Shown: one piece after another, positions 8,120 through 19,200 of the stretch | Layout of the letters: each line of letters opens with the position of its first letter | Numbering within the stretch: position 1 is the stretch's first letter | NCBI RefSeq assembly: GCF_003367075.2 | Contig: NZ_CP065936.1 | Span: 1,260,001 to 1,292,000 of the forward strand | Reading direction: 5' to 3' | Length of the DNA: 32,000 bases | Source of the DNA: Cylindrospermopsis raciborskii Cr2010 | GTDB taxonomy: Bacteria; Cyanobacteriota; Cyanobacteriia; Cyanobacteriales; Nostocaceae | Program-made: the position numbers and the translations under genes | The notes under the pieces: model-generated | Told to the model about the DNA's origin: nothing | Database searches by the model: none | The model's input: the letters and a program-made list of their open reading frames with translations, nothing else

Positions 8120-10012
8120 ACCCGCTTCCCTCTGGGAAGTGGAATCAATGGAAACTTTCGGCATAAGTTGGCGATACGATGGGTATGTACCCTCACCCGC
8201 TTCCCTCTGGGAAGTGGAATCAATGGAAACCCAATTACTTTTTTTCCATGGGGAACGGTGCAAGACTAACCCGCTTCCCTCTGGGAAGTGGAATCAATGG
8301 AAACATCGAAGTTTAGTTGATCAGAGAGCAACCAAACGTGGACTCCACCAACCCGCTTCCCTCTGGGAAGTGGAATCAATGGAAACAAGACTTCGACTTC
8401 AACGAAACGGAACTTTCGTCCCTTGGACCCGCTTCCCTCTGGGAAGTGGAATCAATGGAAACGCTTAACAATTTGTGGACACAGTTTAGGTGGGGCTTTA
8501 ACCCGCTTCCCTCTGGGAAGTGGAATCAATGGAAACCGAAATAACAAGCTCTTCTTTTTTGCTAAACATAACCCCAAACCCGCTTCCCTCTGGGAAGTGG
8601 AATCAATGGAAACCTTAACACAGACCAGACTAGACTTGACTTGACTTGACAACCCGCTTCCCTCTGGGAAGTGGAATCAATGGAAACTTCAAATAGAATG
8701 TCTCTCAGTCCTGCATCTAATAAACCCGCTTCCCTCTGGGAAGTGGAATCAATGGAAACTTATTTACTACACCACTATAAAAGTGGTGGTGAAAACACCC
8801 GCTTCCCTCTGGGAAGTGGAATCAATGGAAACATAAAAAAACCACATCAGAAATTTGTTTTTGCGTCAACCCGCTTCCCTCTGGGAAGTGGAATCAATGG
8901 AAACAAAAAATTTGTCAACTACTCGTATACTGAAAATTACCCGCTTCCCTCTGGGAAGTGGAATCAATGGAAACTATTTTTTAAACTTTATTATGGAAAG
9001 GATCAGTTAGCACCCGCTTCCCTCTGGGAAGTGGAATCAATGGAAACTTTAGTTCCAGCAAAGTATGTTAGGGAACTAGTAAGCGACCCGCTTCCCTCTG
9101 GGAAGTGGAATCAATGGAAACCACCCCTACCCCTTGCTTTACCTCTTACCCTTATTTTTGACCCGCTTCCCTCTGGGAAGTGGAATCAATGGAAACTTCC
9201 CACTTTTGGGTGGGGGCCCGGTAAGTTTGTGTCACCCGCTTCCCTCTGGGAAGTGGAATCAATGGAAACAGTGATATTACAGATACATAAATTGTAGAAG
9301 CGGTTGACCCGCTTCCCTCTGGGAAGTGGAATCAATGGAAACCCCTACGGAAACTACAGGTACATAAGGACAATAGAAACCCGCTTCCCTCTGGGAAGTG
9401 GAATCAATGGAAACTTTCCTCTGCACCCGCAAGAAAGAGAAAGGAGAAAGAACCCGCTTCCCTCTGGGAAGTGGAATCAATGGAAACTCCATAGCCTTAA
9501 TCTCCTGTTAAATTCAACTTACAACCCGCTTCCCTCTGGGAAGTGGAATCAATGGAAACTTGTTTCCAGGGTACGCTCAAACTGATTACCTTTAACCCGC
9601 TTCCCTCTGGGAAGTGGAATCAATGGAAACTTCATGAACAAACAGTAAACCAGGAGTGGTTTGCTAAATTAGAAGAGGACCCGCTTCCCTCTGGGAAGTG
9701 GAATCAATGGAAACAGGTTCAGAGCGGCCTTCTTTAAGTTCTTTTAAAGCTACCCGCTTCCCTCTGGGAAGTGGAATCAATGGAAACGTGACAACCCTCT
9801 TGAGGGATGTCGGGATTGGGAGGCAGTACCCGCTTCCCTCTGGGAAGTGGAATCAATGGAAACAAAAGTCATTAATCCTGAAGACGCTAATTTACTAAAT
9901 ACCCGCTTCCCTCTGGGAAGTGGAATCAATGGAAACTCAGCATATGACTGAGTCGTATACTGACTCAGGTCAAAAAACCCGCTTCCCTCTGGGAAGTGGA
10001 ATCAATGGAAAC
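8120..10012 (+). CRISPR. CRISPR array, 26 repeats of 36 nt and 25 spacers (34-48 nt)
   Basis: Repeat ACCCGCTTCCCTCTGGGAAGTGGAATCAATGGAAAC, read as identical in every unit (starts at 8120, 8195, 8269, 8351, 8427, 8501, 8578, 8652, 8724, 8797, 8869, 8939, 9012, 9086, 9161, 9234, 9307, 9379, 9452, 9524, 9595, 9679, 9752, 9828, 9901, 9977). Internal stem CCGCTTCCC-TCT-GGGAAGTGG (9 bp, one G.U). Confidence 0.99.
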
Positions 10013-10068
10013 TTTATAGGGATAGGAGTAATATATCCCAAATTGGCGTTGCATATTTGCGGGATGAA

Positions 10069-10515
10069 TCAACTAAACGCGGGTATTACTTCATACTTTA
10101 AATAGTGAAGTAATAATTTAATTGAATACCTAAGCATATCTACAGATTTTGAATAGCATAGCGTTTTTCTATGTAGTCGCGCTAAGTAGTGACGTAAACG
10201 TGTATTTTCACCCTCTACCCTAGTCATATATGTTTTGCTCACAATATGATCCTCTGGCTGAATAAAACTCGGATAAACCCTCCACCCATCAGTAACATAA
10301 AAAAAGCATTGCCAGAGTTTAACGATGTCCCACAAAGGTTGAAATGCTTGTGAGCTGTGGTCTCCCACAACCCAAGCCAGGATATTTTTACGGAAGTGAT
10401 TTACTGCTGTCCACAACCATATTTTGTTTTTTTTTGATCCCACAAAGGTCTCCAACTCATCAAGCTCACCTACCAAGGGTGTTTCCTGGTGGAGCATCTG
10501 GAAGTATGGAACCAA
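10069..10515 (-). CDS. IS1-family transposase, C-terminal catalytic ORF, frameshifted relative to the N-terminal ORF
   Basis: VGELDELETFVGSKKNKIWLWTAVNHF...YVTDGWRVYPSFI...VEGENTRLRHYLARLHRKTLCYSKS. It lies in the +1 frame relative to the upstream ORF. Confidence 0.88.
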   Translation of the reverse strand: MVPYFQMLHQETPLVGELDELETFVGSKKNKIWLWTAVNHFRKNILAWVVGDHSSQAFQPLWDIVKLWQCFFYVTDGWRVYPSFIQPEDHIVSKTYMTRVEGENTRLRHYLARLHRKTLCYSKSVDMLRYSIKLLLHYLKYEVIPAFS

Positions 10516-10756
10516 TTTGTTTTAGCCAGTAAATAATAGTTGTATGATGAACGCCTTTATCGCGTTCAATTGCTCTAAATCCCATACCGTTAACATAAGA
10601 GCGCAGGCAACTTTGTTTAACTTCTTCTGAATAGCCTTTAGGTGGACTATAGACATCGATAAATTGACGACCACAATCAACACAAATGTGATTTTGTTTA
10701 CCTCGACGTTTGCCATTCTTTCTGATTTTGGAAGACCCGCAGTTTGGACAATGCAC
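10466..10756 (-). CDS. IS1-family transposase, N-terminal (InsA-like, zinc-ribbon + HTH) ORF
   Basis: MHCPNCGSSKIRKNGKRRGKQNHICVDCGRQFIDVY...GMGFRAIERDKGVHHTTIIYWLKQIG. Confidence 0.9.
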   Translation of the reverse strand: MHCPNCGSSKIRKNGKRRGKQNHICVDCGRQFIDVYSPPKGYSEEVKQSCLRSYVNGMGFRAIERDKGVHHTTIIYWLKQIGSILPDAPPGNTLGR

Positions 10757-10795
10757 AGTAGATTACCTCAATTCATACCTCTATTATGCAACGCC

Positions 10796-13116
10796 TATGG
10801 GCCCACACGGTTGTTTGTCCCCATTGTCAGTCTGTTATTCCTTTAAGTCCTAATTGGTGGTTAAGTAAAACTAGTAATTATGGTGGTAAAGGACAAGCAC
10901 GAAAAGTGACTAGTGATTGGTATGCAGTAAAACCGATTGGTAATGGTGAGAATAAGCGGGTTGATTTTGAATTAATAAGGGGAAAAAAGGGGAAGGGGAC
11001 GACGATTGCAACAGATGATGGGGAATATGATCCGGATACTACAACTACTATTGGAAGGGGGGTGGGTAAGTGTGTTAATTGTGGGAATATAATTGAGGAT
11101 GATTTTATTAAAAGGCAAGCTCAAGGTGAAGGTTTAGGCTATCAATTATATGCGGTAGCTTATAAAAAGGGAAAGGGAAGTCTGGAGTTTAGAATACCAA
11201 ATGATTTAGATATTATGGGGGTGAAAAAAGCTGAAAATTACATAGAACATGAAATTGAAGACTGGAAGATTAAAGGATTTTTTCCGGATGTAGAAGTGAC
11301 AGATGGTCAAGAAACTCATAGGTTATTTGCCATGGGTATTAATGATTGGAGTAAGTTTTTTAATCCCAGGCAACTGGTGACGCTAGTAACATATTTAGAA
11401 ATTATAAATGAAGCGAAAAATCTGATTCAATCTGAATATGAATGGGAGAAATCACAAGCTATATCAACTTATTTGGCTTTGGTTTTGGATAGATGTGTTG
11501 ATGAAAACTGTAGATTAGGACGTTGGAATCCCCCCAGAGCAGGTTCTGAAGGCGCATCATCCCAACATGCACTTAACTTGATGTGGAATTATCCAGAAAG
11601 AGCTGGTGATGGTCAATTGTGGCGATCATGTGCTGATGTTTTTGCCTCAGACTATAAAAGTCTTTGTTCATTATTAGGAAAAAATGTGGGAAAGACAGAA
11701 AAGTATGATATTCCCATAGATAAGAAATCAATTCAAATAGAGTCAGCATCAGCGGATAACTTAACACATATTGCTGATAAATCAGTACATGCAATAATTA
11801 CCGACCCTCCTTATTATTCAACCATTCAATATGCGGAACTAGCAGACTTTTTCTATGTGTGGCTAAAACGCAGTCTAGGAGATATATTCCCCGAACTTTT
11901 CTATCTGGAACTAACAGATAAAGAAAGAGAAGCTGTCGCTAATCCTTCCCGGTTTAGGAATATGGGAATATCCCCAGAAATCCTAGCGAATCAAGACTAT
12001 GAGGCAAAAATGTCCATGGCTTTTGCTGAATACCACCGGGTTTTGCGTGATGATGGAGTGATGACTGTTCAATTCAATCATAAAGATTCTGGTGCTTGGG
12101 ATATTTTAGCCAAGTCTCTGATGGATGCTGGTTTTGAAATTACAGCTTCCTGGGCGGTTAGTACAGAAAATCCTCAAAATCTCCACCAGGCTCAAAAAAA
12201 TGCGGTTTCTAGCACCGTTCTATTAGTGTGTCGTAAACGTTATCCCCATGCTGAACAAGGTTGGTGGGATGATGTGCGTCTGGAATTACGTAATACTATC
12301 TTGAGTAAAGCTCCAGAAATTGAACGCTCCCTAACTGCAGATTCTAGACCTGCACCGGATAGGGTGGAAGACCCCCGTCAAAGAATTAAGCCTCCGGGTA
12401 TTGATTTATGTTTGACAGCTTATGGTAGTGCTTTAAGTGTGTTTACCCGTTATAGTTCTATATTGGATAGTACAGGAATTAAAGTAGAGCCTAAAGCAGC
12501 TTTTGAAGAAGTGCGTCAAGCTATAGTATCATACCGATTAGAAAGGTTGTTGGCGGGGAAGGATTTTCATGGGGTGGATACTTTGACTCAATGGTATATT
12601 CTGGCTTGGGATACTTTTGAAGCGCGAGAATTTCCTTTTGATGAAGCTAGACAATTGGCTTTGGCTGTGGGGGGTTTTGATGTTTCTGATTTGGTGAAAA
12701 AATATAAGTTGTTGGATTCTGCTAGTGGTTTTTGTAAGCTGTTAACTCCAGAACAAAGGTTGAAGAAACGGGCTTTTTCTGTAGTAGATAGGGAGTTTTC
12801 TGGTGTGAATTTGGTAGATGGAATTCATGCTATAATTTGCATTTATCAAATAGAACAAAAAATAGAGTTTGTCAGAAGGTTTTTAAAAAATACTGAGTTG
12901 GTGAGTATGGATGCTTTTATGAAAACTTTTGAGTTGGTTTTGAAGGTGATTCCTCAGATAAAGGATGAAAGAAAACGAATTATAGAGGAGAAGGTGTTAT
13001 TGGATTTATGGTTGGCTATGGATGAGATAAAGGCGAAGGTGTCTTATGAACAAATGGAGTTGCCATTTAATCTATCTGGAACAAGTGATGGGCCAACTCA
13101 AATACCTCTATTTTAG
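10796..13116 (+). pseudogene. Zn-ribbon adenine-specific DNA methylase (COG1743/DUF1156-type), N-terminal portion missing
   Basis: CPHC...CVNCG Zn-ribbon and N6-adenine MTase motif AIITDPPYYSTIQY. The ATG at 10786 and the first codons lie inside the IS1 inverted repeat, and the expected N-terminal domain is absent. Confidence 0.8.
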
Positions 13117-13211
13117 GTGTGATGGAGGTTTTTAAAAACTGTTTTGGTCTGTGGTTGGAGCTATGGGTTATTTTTTTGGGGGAGATCTATTTATAAAAGG
13201 GTTTAGGATTT

Positions 13212-15203
13212 GTGAAAAGTCTACGGAATAAGTCTTGGAAAATCAGTTATTCTAGCAATGGTGACAATACAATTGCTGATTTCTATATTCCTGCTCTATC
13301 TGCTGCTGTTGAATATGATAGAAAGTCGGGTTTTTTTAGTAGTTACATACTGAGTAGGGTGGCTAGGGGTTTGGGAACAATGGTTGATAATGGGGGTAAA
13401 ATGCGTCTGATTATGGGATGTGAGTTTACTTCACAAGATTTGGAAGCTATCCAAAAAGGATATTCCTTGCGTGACGCTTTATGGGAGCGTTTGGATGCTA
13501 GTTTTACTCCCCCAGAAAATTTCGCTCAGTTAAAACACTTAGAAATTCTCAGTTGGTTAATTGCTAATGAATGTCTGGATATAAAAATAGCTGTTCCTCT
13601 CAAACAAAATGGTTTACCTGATGTAGAACAGTTAGATTCCAAACATATTTTTCATGAGAAGGTGGGGATTTTTACTGATATTAATGGTGATAAATTGGTG
13701 TTTAATGGGTCGAATAATGAGTCTATTGGGGGATGGGAAAAAAATGTTGAGTCGTTTCATGTGTATTGTTCTTGGGAGGGAGGAAGGGATCTAGATAGAG
13801 TGGAGGAGGAGGTTTGTCGTTTTGAGCAACTTTGGTTTGATATTTGCCCTAATGTGCGGATCTTTGATATTCCGGATGCGGTGCGAGAAAGATTACTGCG
13901 CTATACTCCTATTTGCCAACCTACTGGTGACCTAGATTTTGATTGTGTTCCAGAGGATGACTTTTCACAGATGCTACACCACCAAAAAGATATGGTAGGT
14001 GTGAGTGAAGCACGGGTTGAACAAACTCCATTTATTACGGAAGAGGAAAAACAGTGTTTCAGGGAGTTAACAAATATAGACCAAAATGCAGGGTGTTTAG
14101 ATTACTGTCTCAAATCTATACCTATTTCTCCCTGGCCACATCAAATTAAAATATTACGCCGGGTGGGAGAAACCTTTCCTACAAGTTATTTAATTGCGGA
14201 TGAGGTGGGGTTGGGTAAAACTATTGAAACAGGGTTGATTATACGTTATCTATTGTTGACAAAGAAAATAGAACGTGTCCTAATTTTGAGTCCTGCTAGT
14301 GTACAGTCACAATGGCAAAAAGCATTGAGGGAGAATTTTAATCTACATTTTTGGAGTTACACCCAAAGTTCCTTAACTGTTGAAAGTGAATTTTTAATGA
14401 AAAGGAGTGAAAGGGGTAAACAGGGGGTTTGTGGGAATCCTTGGAATGCTGAGAATTTAATACTTGCTTCTTCTCATTTAGTGAGAAGAGCTGACCGAAT
14501 AGAGCAACTTTTGGCAGCTGATTGTTGGGATCTGGTGATTCTGGATGAAGCTCATCATGCTAGAAGAAAAAGTCCCCAAAATAGAAAGGAAACTCCTAAT
14601 CTGCTTTTAAGGTTGATGCAAAGGTTAAGAGAAAAGACTCAAGCCTTAATATTGCTGTCTGCTACTCCTATGCAAATTGATGTGATAGAGATTTTTGATT
14701 TACTGAATCTTTTAGGATTAGAGGGTCATTGGAGTTACAGTGATAATTTTTGTTATTATTTCGAAAGTCTGAATCAATGTTCAGCTCTGTCCATTAAACC
14801 AGAGTTAATAGATTTTTGGCAGCTGATGTGTGGGGACTATTTTCAAAAAGGGGGAAAACCTTGCCCTAATTTACAGCAATTACTTTTACAACAAGATAAA
14901 CTGTTAGCTTATAGAATTCAGGATACTTGGCACAAATCCCAGAAAATATTGAATTATAAAAAAATCCTGGGGGATGAGTCGTTTTTGAATGGTTCTCGGC
15001 AATTTTTAACTACTAATACTCCTTTAAAGGATTTAATGTTTCGTCATACTCGTGAGACTTTAAGGCAATATTATAAAAGAGGTTTATTAAAACGGGATAT
15101 ACCTAAAAGAATCGTGCAAGATAATGCTATTGCCCTGGAACCATTCAGTGAAATTCCCCTGTATATAGCTGTTAGTGATTACGCTCGTCATTTTTATAAG
15201 TTA
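13212..15203 (+). pseudogene. Phospholipase-D-like nuclease/SNF2-type helicase, C-terminal helicase domain missing
   Basis: Helicase motifs LIADEVGLGKTIETGLIIRYLL, LVILDEAHHAR, LLSATPMQ. The ORF ends at 15224 just after entering the IS630 terminal repeat (LQQFSCS*), with no helicase-C motifs. Confidence 0.82.
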
Positions 15204-16251
15204 CAGCAATTTTCATGTAGTTAAACTACAAAATAAGATAAGCTATAATAAGGGTAATAAACTAAAATAGAGTAGAAGTACTGTCAAATTATATGCCAAA
15301 ACCTTATTCAATAGATTTGCGTAATCGCGTGATTGTAGCATGGGTTGCTCAAGAGGGATCTCAACGCCAGTTGGCAGAAAGATTCAAGGTCAGCTTATCA
15401 TTTGTGAGAAATTTAGTACGTCGTTATCGTGAAACTGGGCAAGTTGAGCCAAAGCAATGTGGAGGATATGAAAAGCCTGTAATTGCAGGCCAATATTTAA
15501 ACATGATCAAGTCTTGGCTGGATGAGAAAAATGATTTACTACTTTCAGAATTGTGCGATCGCCTGAGAGAAACGACGGGCACTAGTGTTAGTATCACAAC
15601 CATGCATCGAGCCTTAGAAAAGTTGGGTCTACGTCATAAAAAAAAAGTCTAAATGCCAGTGAACAGGAGACTCCACGTGTTCAAGAATTAAGGCATGATT
15701 ATCGTCGTTGGGTAGATACAGTTGATATTAGAAATTTAGTGTTTTTAGATGAATCGGGGATAAATTTAGGGATGTCAAGGTTGTTTGCCAGAAGCCAAGA
15801 TGGACAAAGAGCAATTGGTAGCGTACCAGGAAACAAGGGCAAAAATATTTCTCTGATTGGGGCTTTAAATATGGATGGAATTCTGGCAGCAATGACTGTA
15901 GAGGGAAGCACAAATACAGAAGTATTTCTCACTTATGTAAATCAGGTTTTAGTACCTCAATTATGGAAAGGGGCTATTGTTGTTATGGATAATTTAAAGG
16001 TTCATTATGCCGAGCGCGTGAGATTGTCAATTGAATCAGTCGGTGCAAAAGTTAAGTTTTTACCCCCCTATTCTCCAGACTTATCTCCGATAGAATTGTG
16101 TTGGTCAAAATTAAAGCAATTTCTCCGTAGTCGGGAGGCACGAACATTAGAAGCCCTAAATGAGGCCATGACAAGTGCAGTAAATTATATTACAGCAGAG
16201 GATGCGCTTAATTGGTTCAATCATTGTGGTTTATTTACATGAAAACTGCTG
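15204..16251 (+). mobile_element. IS630-family insertion sequence, about 1048 bp, flanked by TA
   Basis: 31-nt inverted repeats (27/31 identical): TTACAGCAATTTTCATGTAGTTAAACTACAA (15201-15231) and reverse complement of 16224-16254 TTACAGCAGTTTTCATGTAAATAAACCACAA. TA at 15202-15203 and 16252-16253. Confidence 0.85.
15293..16242 (+). CDS. IS630-family transposase, two ORFs joined by a -1 frameshift at an A9 run
   Basis: ORF A (MPKPYSIDLRNRVIVAW...SFVRNLVRRYRETG...LRHKKK). ORF B holds LVFLDESG, VVMDNLKVHYAE and LPPYSPDLSPIELCWSKLK. Slipping -1 at 15638-15646 reads ...HKKKSLNASEQETPRVQELRHDYRRWVDTVDIRNLVFLDESG. Confidence 0.92.
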
Positions 16252-19200
16252 TAAGTACCATATTTAAGACCTGCGCTCCTCGGGAGGAAATTTTAGCAGG
16301 GGAACTGTCGTTAGATCTATTCGCTGCTAAGTTGGAATCGGTAGTAAAAGGTACAGCACCTAAAGTATATAATGACCCGAAAACCTTTTTTGAAAATACT
16401 TTTGCTACTGATGGCTTAAAAAATTTAATTACCGAAGTATTTGGTAGACTAAGTGGAAATATGGTAGGTTCACCTATCATTCGATTAGAGACTAGCTTTG
16501 GTGGTGGTAAAACCCATGATGAAATAGCTTTATGGCACATTGCTAAACATGGTAGAAAGATTCCCGGTATAGAGAGATTTACTGATAATATTGAAATTAT
16601 ACCAAGTTATGCGGTTAAGGCTGGGGCTATTGCCTGTCAAGACTTAGAACCTGCGGATGGGGTGTTTCATAGGGATACGGGAATTAGGACTTATACTCTG
16701 TGGGGAGAAATTGCTTACCAATTGGGGGGAGTAGAAGGTTATAGCTTGCTCAAGGGTGCGGATGAAATGAGAGTTAGTCCTGGAACGGATGTGTTGAGAA
16801 GAATTATTCAGGATGCTCCTACGGTGATTATTCTGGATGAAGTAGCAATGTATTTGAGAAGGGCAAAAGGAATAACTGTAGGTGAGAGTGATTTGGCTAA
16901 ACAGGTTATAGCTTTTTTGTTTGCGCTCATGGATTTAGCTGCTTCTACTAATAATATCGTATTGGTATATACTCTGGCTTCCGCTAGTGACAGTTTTGGA
17001 GAGGAAACGAGGGAGGTGAGGGAAGCTCTTTCTATTTCTGCTAGACAGGAAAGAATTATCAAACCTAGTACGGATGTGGAGATATATAATATAGTTAAGC
17101 AAAGAATGTTTAGTAGTATATGTTCTAATGCGGCAAGGGATGCTGGGAGGGAATATATGCAAGTTTATAAGAACAGTCGATTAGATCTACCTAGTGGATG
17201 TAAGGATAGTAGTTATGCTGAAAGTATTGAACAGAGCTATCCATTTCATCCTGAACTATTTAATCTACTGACTAAGAAGATAGCATCCATTCCTAATTTC
17301 CAGCGCACGAGGGGAGCATTACGGTTATTGGCTATAGTTATTCGCTATCTTTGGCAAGAATTGGAAGATTTAGCCGAGAATTCAGGTATAATGGGTGAAA
17401 ATTCACCTTTTTGGATTCCTATGATCCATCCCCATCATATTCCCCTGGGTATGGAGGAAGAAATCACCAGTGATTTAACTTCTCGTTTGGATAGACCACT
17501 GATGCGAATACCTATCCAAGCAGATATTTACAATCCAGATGGTCGCGAAGCACATAGTCAAATACAGGATAAGGAATGGAGTGCAGCAGACAAACCACCT
17601 TTTACTAGCTGGGTTACCAGAACTATTTTTCTTAATTCTATCAACCAAGGGACTGCAGCAGGTATTCGGGTTTCGGAACTGAATTTATGTTTGCTCACAC
17701 CTGGTATGGATATTGGTTTTGTACAAACGGTTTTAGAGAGATTAGGAGAGGTTGCTTGGTATTTAGATTATGACCAATTTACATCTACTGCTAGGTTTAA
17801 AGAAGAACCATCACTCAATAAGGTGATTGCTCAAGAAAAGGAGCAAGTAACTACTACAGAAACGAAGGAACGTTTAAGAAGGGAACGGGATACAATTTTT
17901 GCAGATCATTGTTTTAAACTGGTTTCTGGTCCGGTGAATCCCAGTGATGTGGATGATGTGGCGGATTATATAGCTTTATGTGTAATAGATTTTGATGAAG
18001 CAACTATTTCTGATACTACCCAAGTTGCGCCCACTTTAGTGGAAAAAGTTTTTGAAAACACGGGAGAATCGGGAAAATTCCGGATTTATAAAAATCGATT
18101 ATTGTTCCTGGTGGCTAATAAGCAGGAGTTAGAACGTAGTTTGGATAACATGAGGGAATATATTGCTATAGAAAATATAATGAGGTCTGCTGATAAGTTA
18201 CAGGATTTATCCGAGGGTCAACGGAAAAAGCTCAAGGAAAGGGAAGGCAATTTTAAGTTAAATGTAAGGGTGTCAATTGGCAATACCTACCGTCACCTAT
18301 TTTACCCTGAGAGCGATCGGGTGAAAGCACCAAAGGGATTAATGCACTATACTTTGCCTGCGCAGGATTCAGGTGATGCTAAAAAGAAGCAGCAGGAAGT
18401 GTTGCTGAAGAAATTAAGAGATTGTGGAAAGATTAGAATGGAGGATGCAGCTGCTTATGCACCTAGTTATATAGTACAAAAAGTGTGGCCAGCGGGGATT
18501 GATCATTGGAAAACTAAGGAAATGAAAGAAGCGTTTTTCAAGGATGTGAGTTTGAAGATGTTTTTAGACGGAGAAATAAGTAAGTTGAGGGAAACCATTC
18601 GCAATGGGATTTTGGATGGTTCCTGGGATATGAAAATTGGAGAGAAGGTGTTTATTAAAGCTGAAAACTTGAAAGTTCCTGATTCTATAGAGTTTTCGGA
18701 GGGAGTGGAGTTGTATCGTCCGGGGATTTTAGAACTGCCAAAACCAAGAGAGATTGAAATAAGTGCGCAGGTGATGTTTAGTAAGGATATGAAAAAACCT
18801 GTTCGAGTGGGGTGGAGAGCATCGGGAGGGTTGAAGGTACAAATGTATGAAAATGGAAAGATTATTGATAAGGAGTTTCGACCCCGGGATGAATATAGCA
18901 CTGAGATTGGGGAAACCACAATTTTTAAAATAGTTGTGGATTATGGGAATGGGGAAATTTTGGAGAAGGAAACCACAGCGTTTATAGGAGGAGGTGGTAA
19001 TGAAGGTGAGAGGTATGGTGATAGCACGAGAAAGACTACAGTTGGAGGATTTAGTGCAGCAGAATCAGGAAGTATTTTTGCGGTCAAACCATTAATATTT
19101 AGCTATGCAGGAACGGTAAATAGTAGCTTTGTGAAACTGAGTGATTTTATTAAGGACAATAAACCAGCGGGAATTCAAGAAATAGAAATTTCTGTGACAG

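Larger units (their letters stand above)
10045..10795 (-). mobile_element. IS1-family insertion sequence, about 751 bp
   Basis: Terminal inverted repeats GGCGTTGCATATTTGCGGGATGAAT (10045-) and reverse complement GGCGTTGCATAATAGAGGTATGAAT (ending 10795), 21/25 identical with the outer 11 bp exact. They enclose an InsA/InsB-like transposase. No obvious target-site duplication. Confidence 0.88.

Noticed and set aside
7909-8166. ORF of 85 aa overlapping the CRISPR leader
   Set aside because: Runs into the first repeat, no recognisable domain, and coincides with the duplicated leader-end motif. Treated as leader DNA.
8015-10105. Many ORFs across 8.0-10.1 kb (repeating PLPSGKWNQWK / ASLWEVESMET / TRFPLGSGINGN)
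   Set aside because: Translations of the CRISPR repeat in its three frames. The 36-nt repeat has no stop on the + strand in any frame, so ORFs appear by default.
15230-15292. Separate small element or promoter between the IS630 left repeat and the transposase
   Set aside because: This AT-rich stretch is fully accounted for as the IS630 5' non-coding region.
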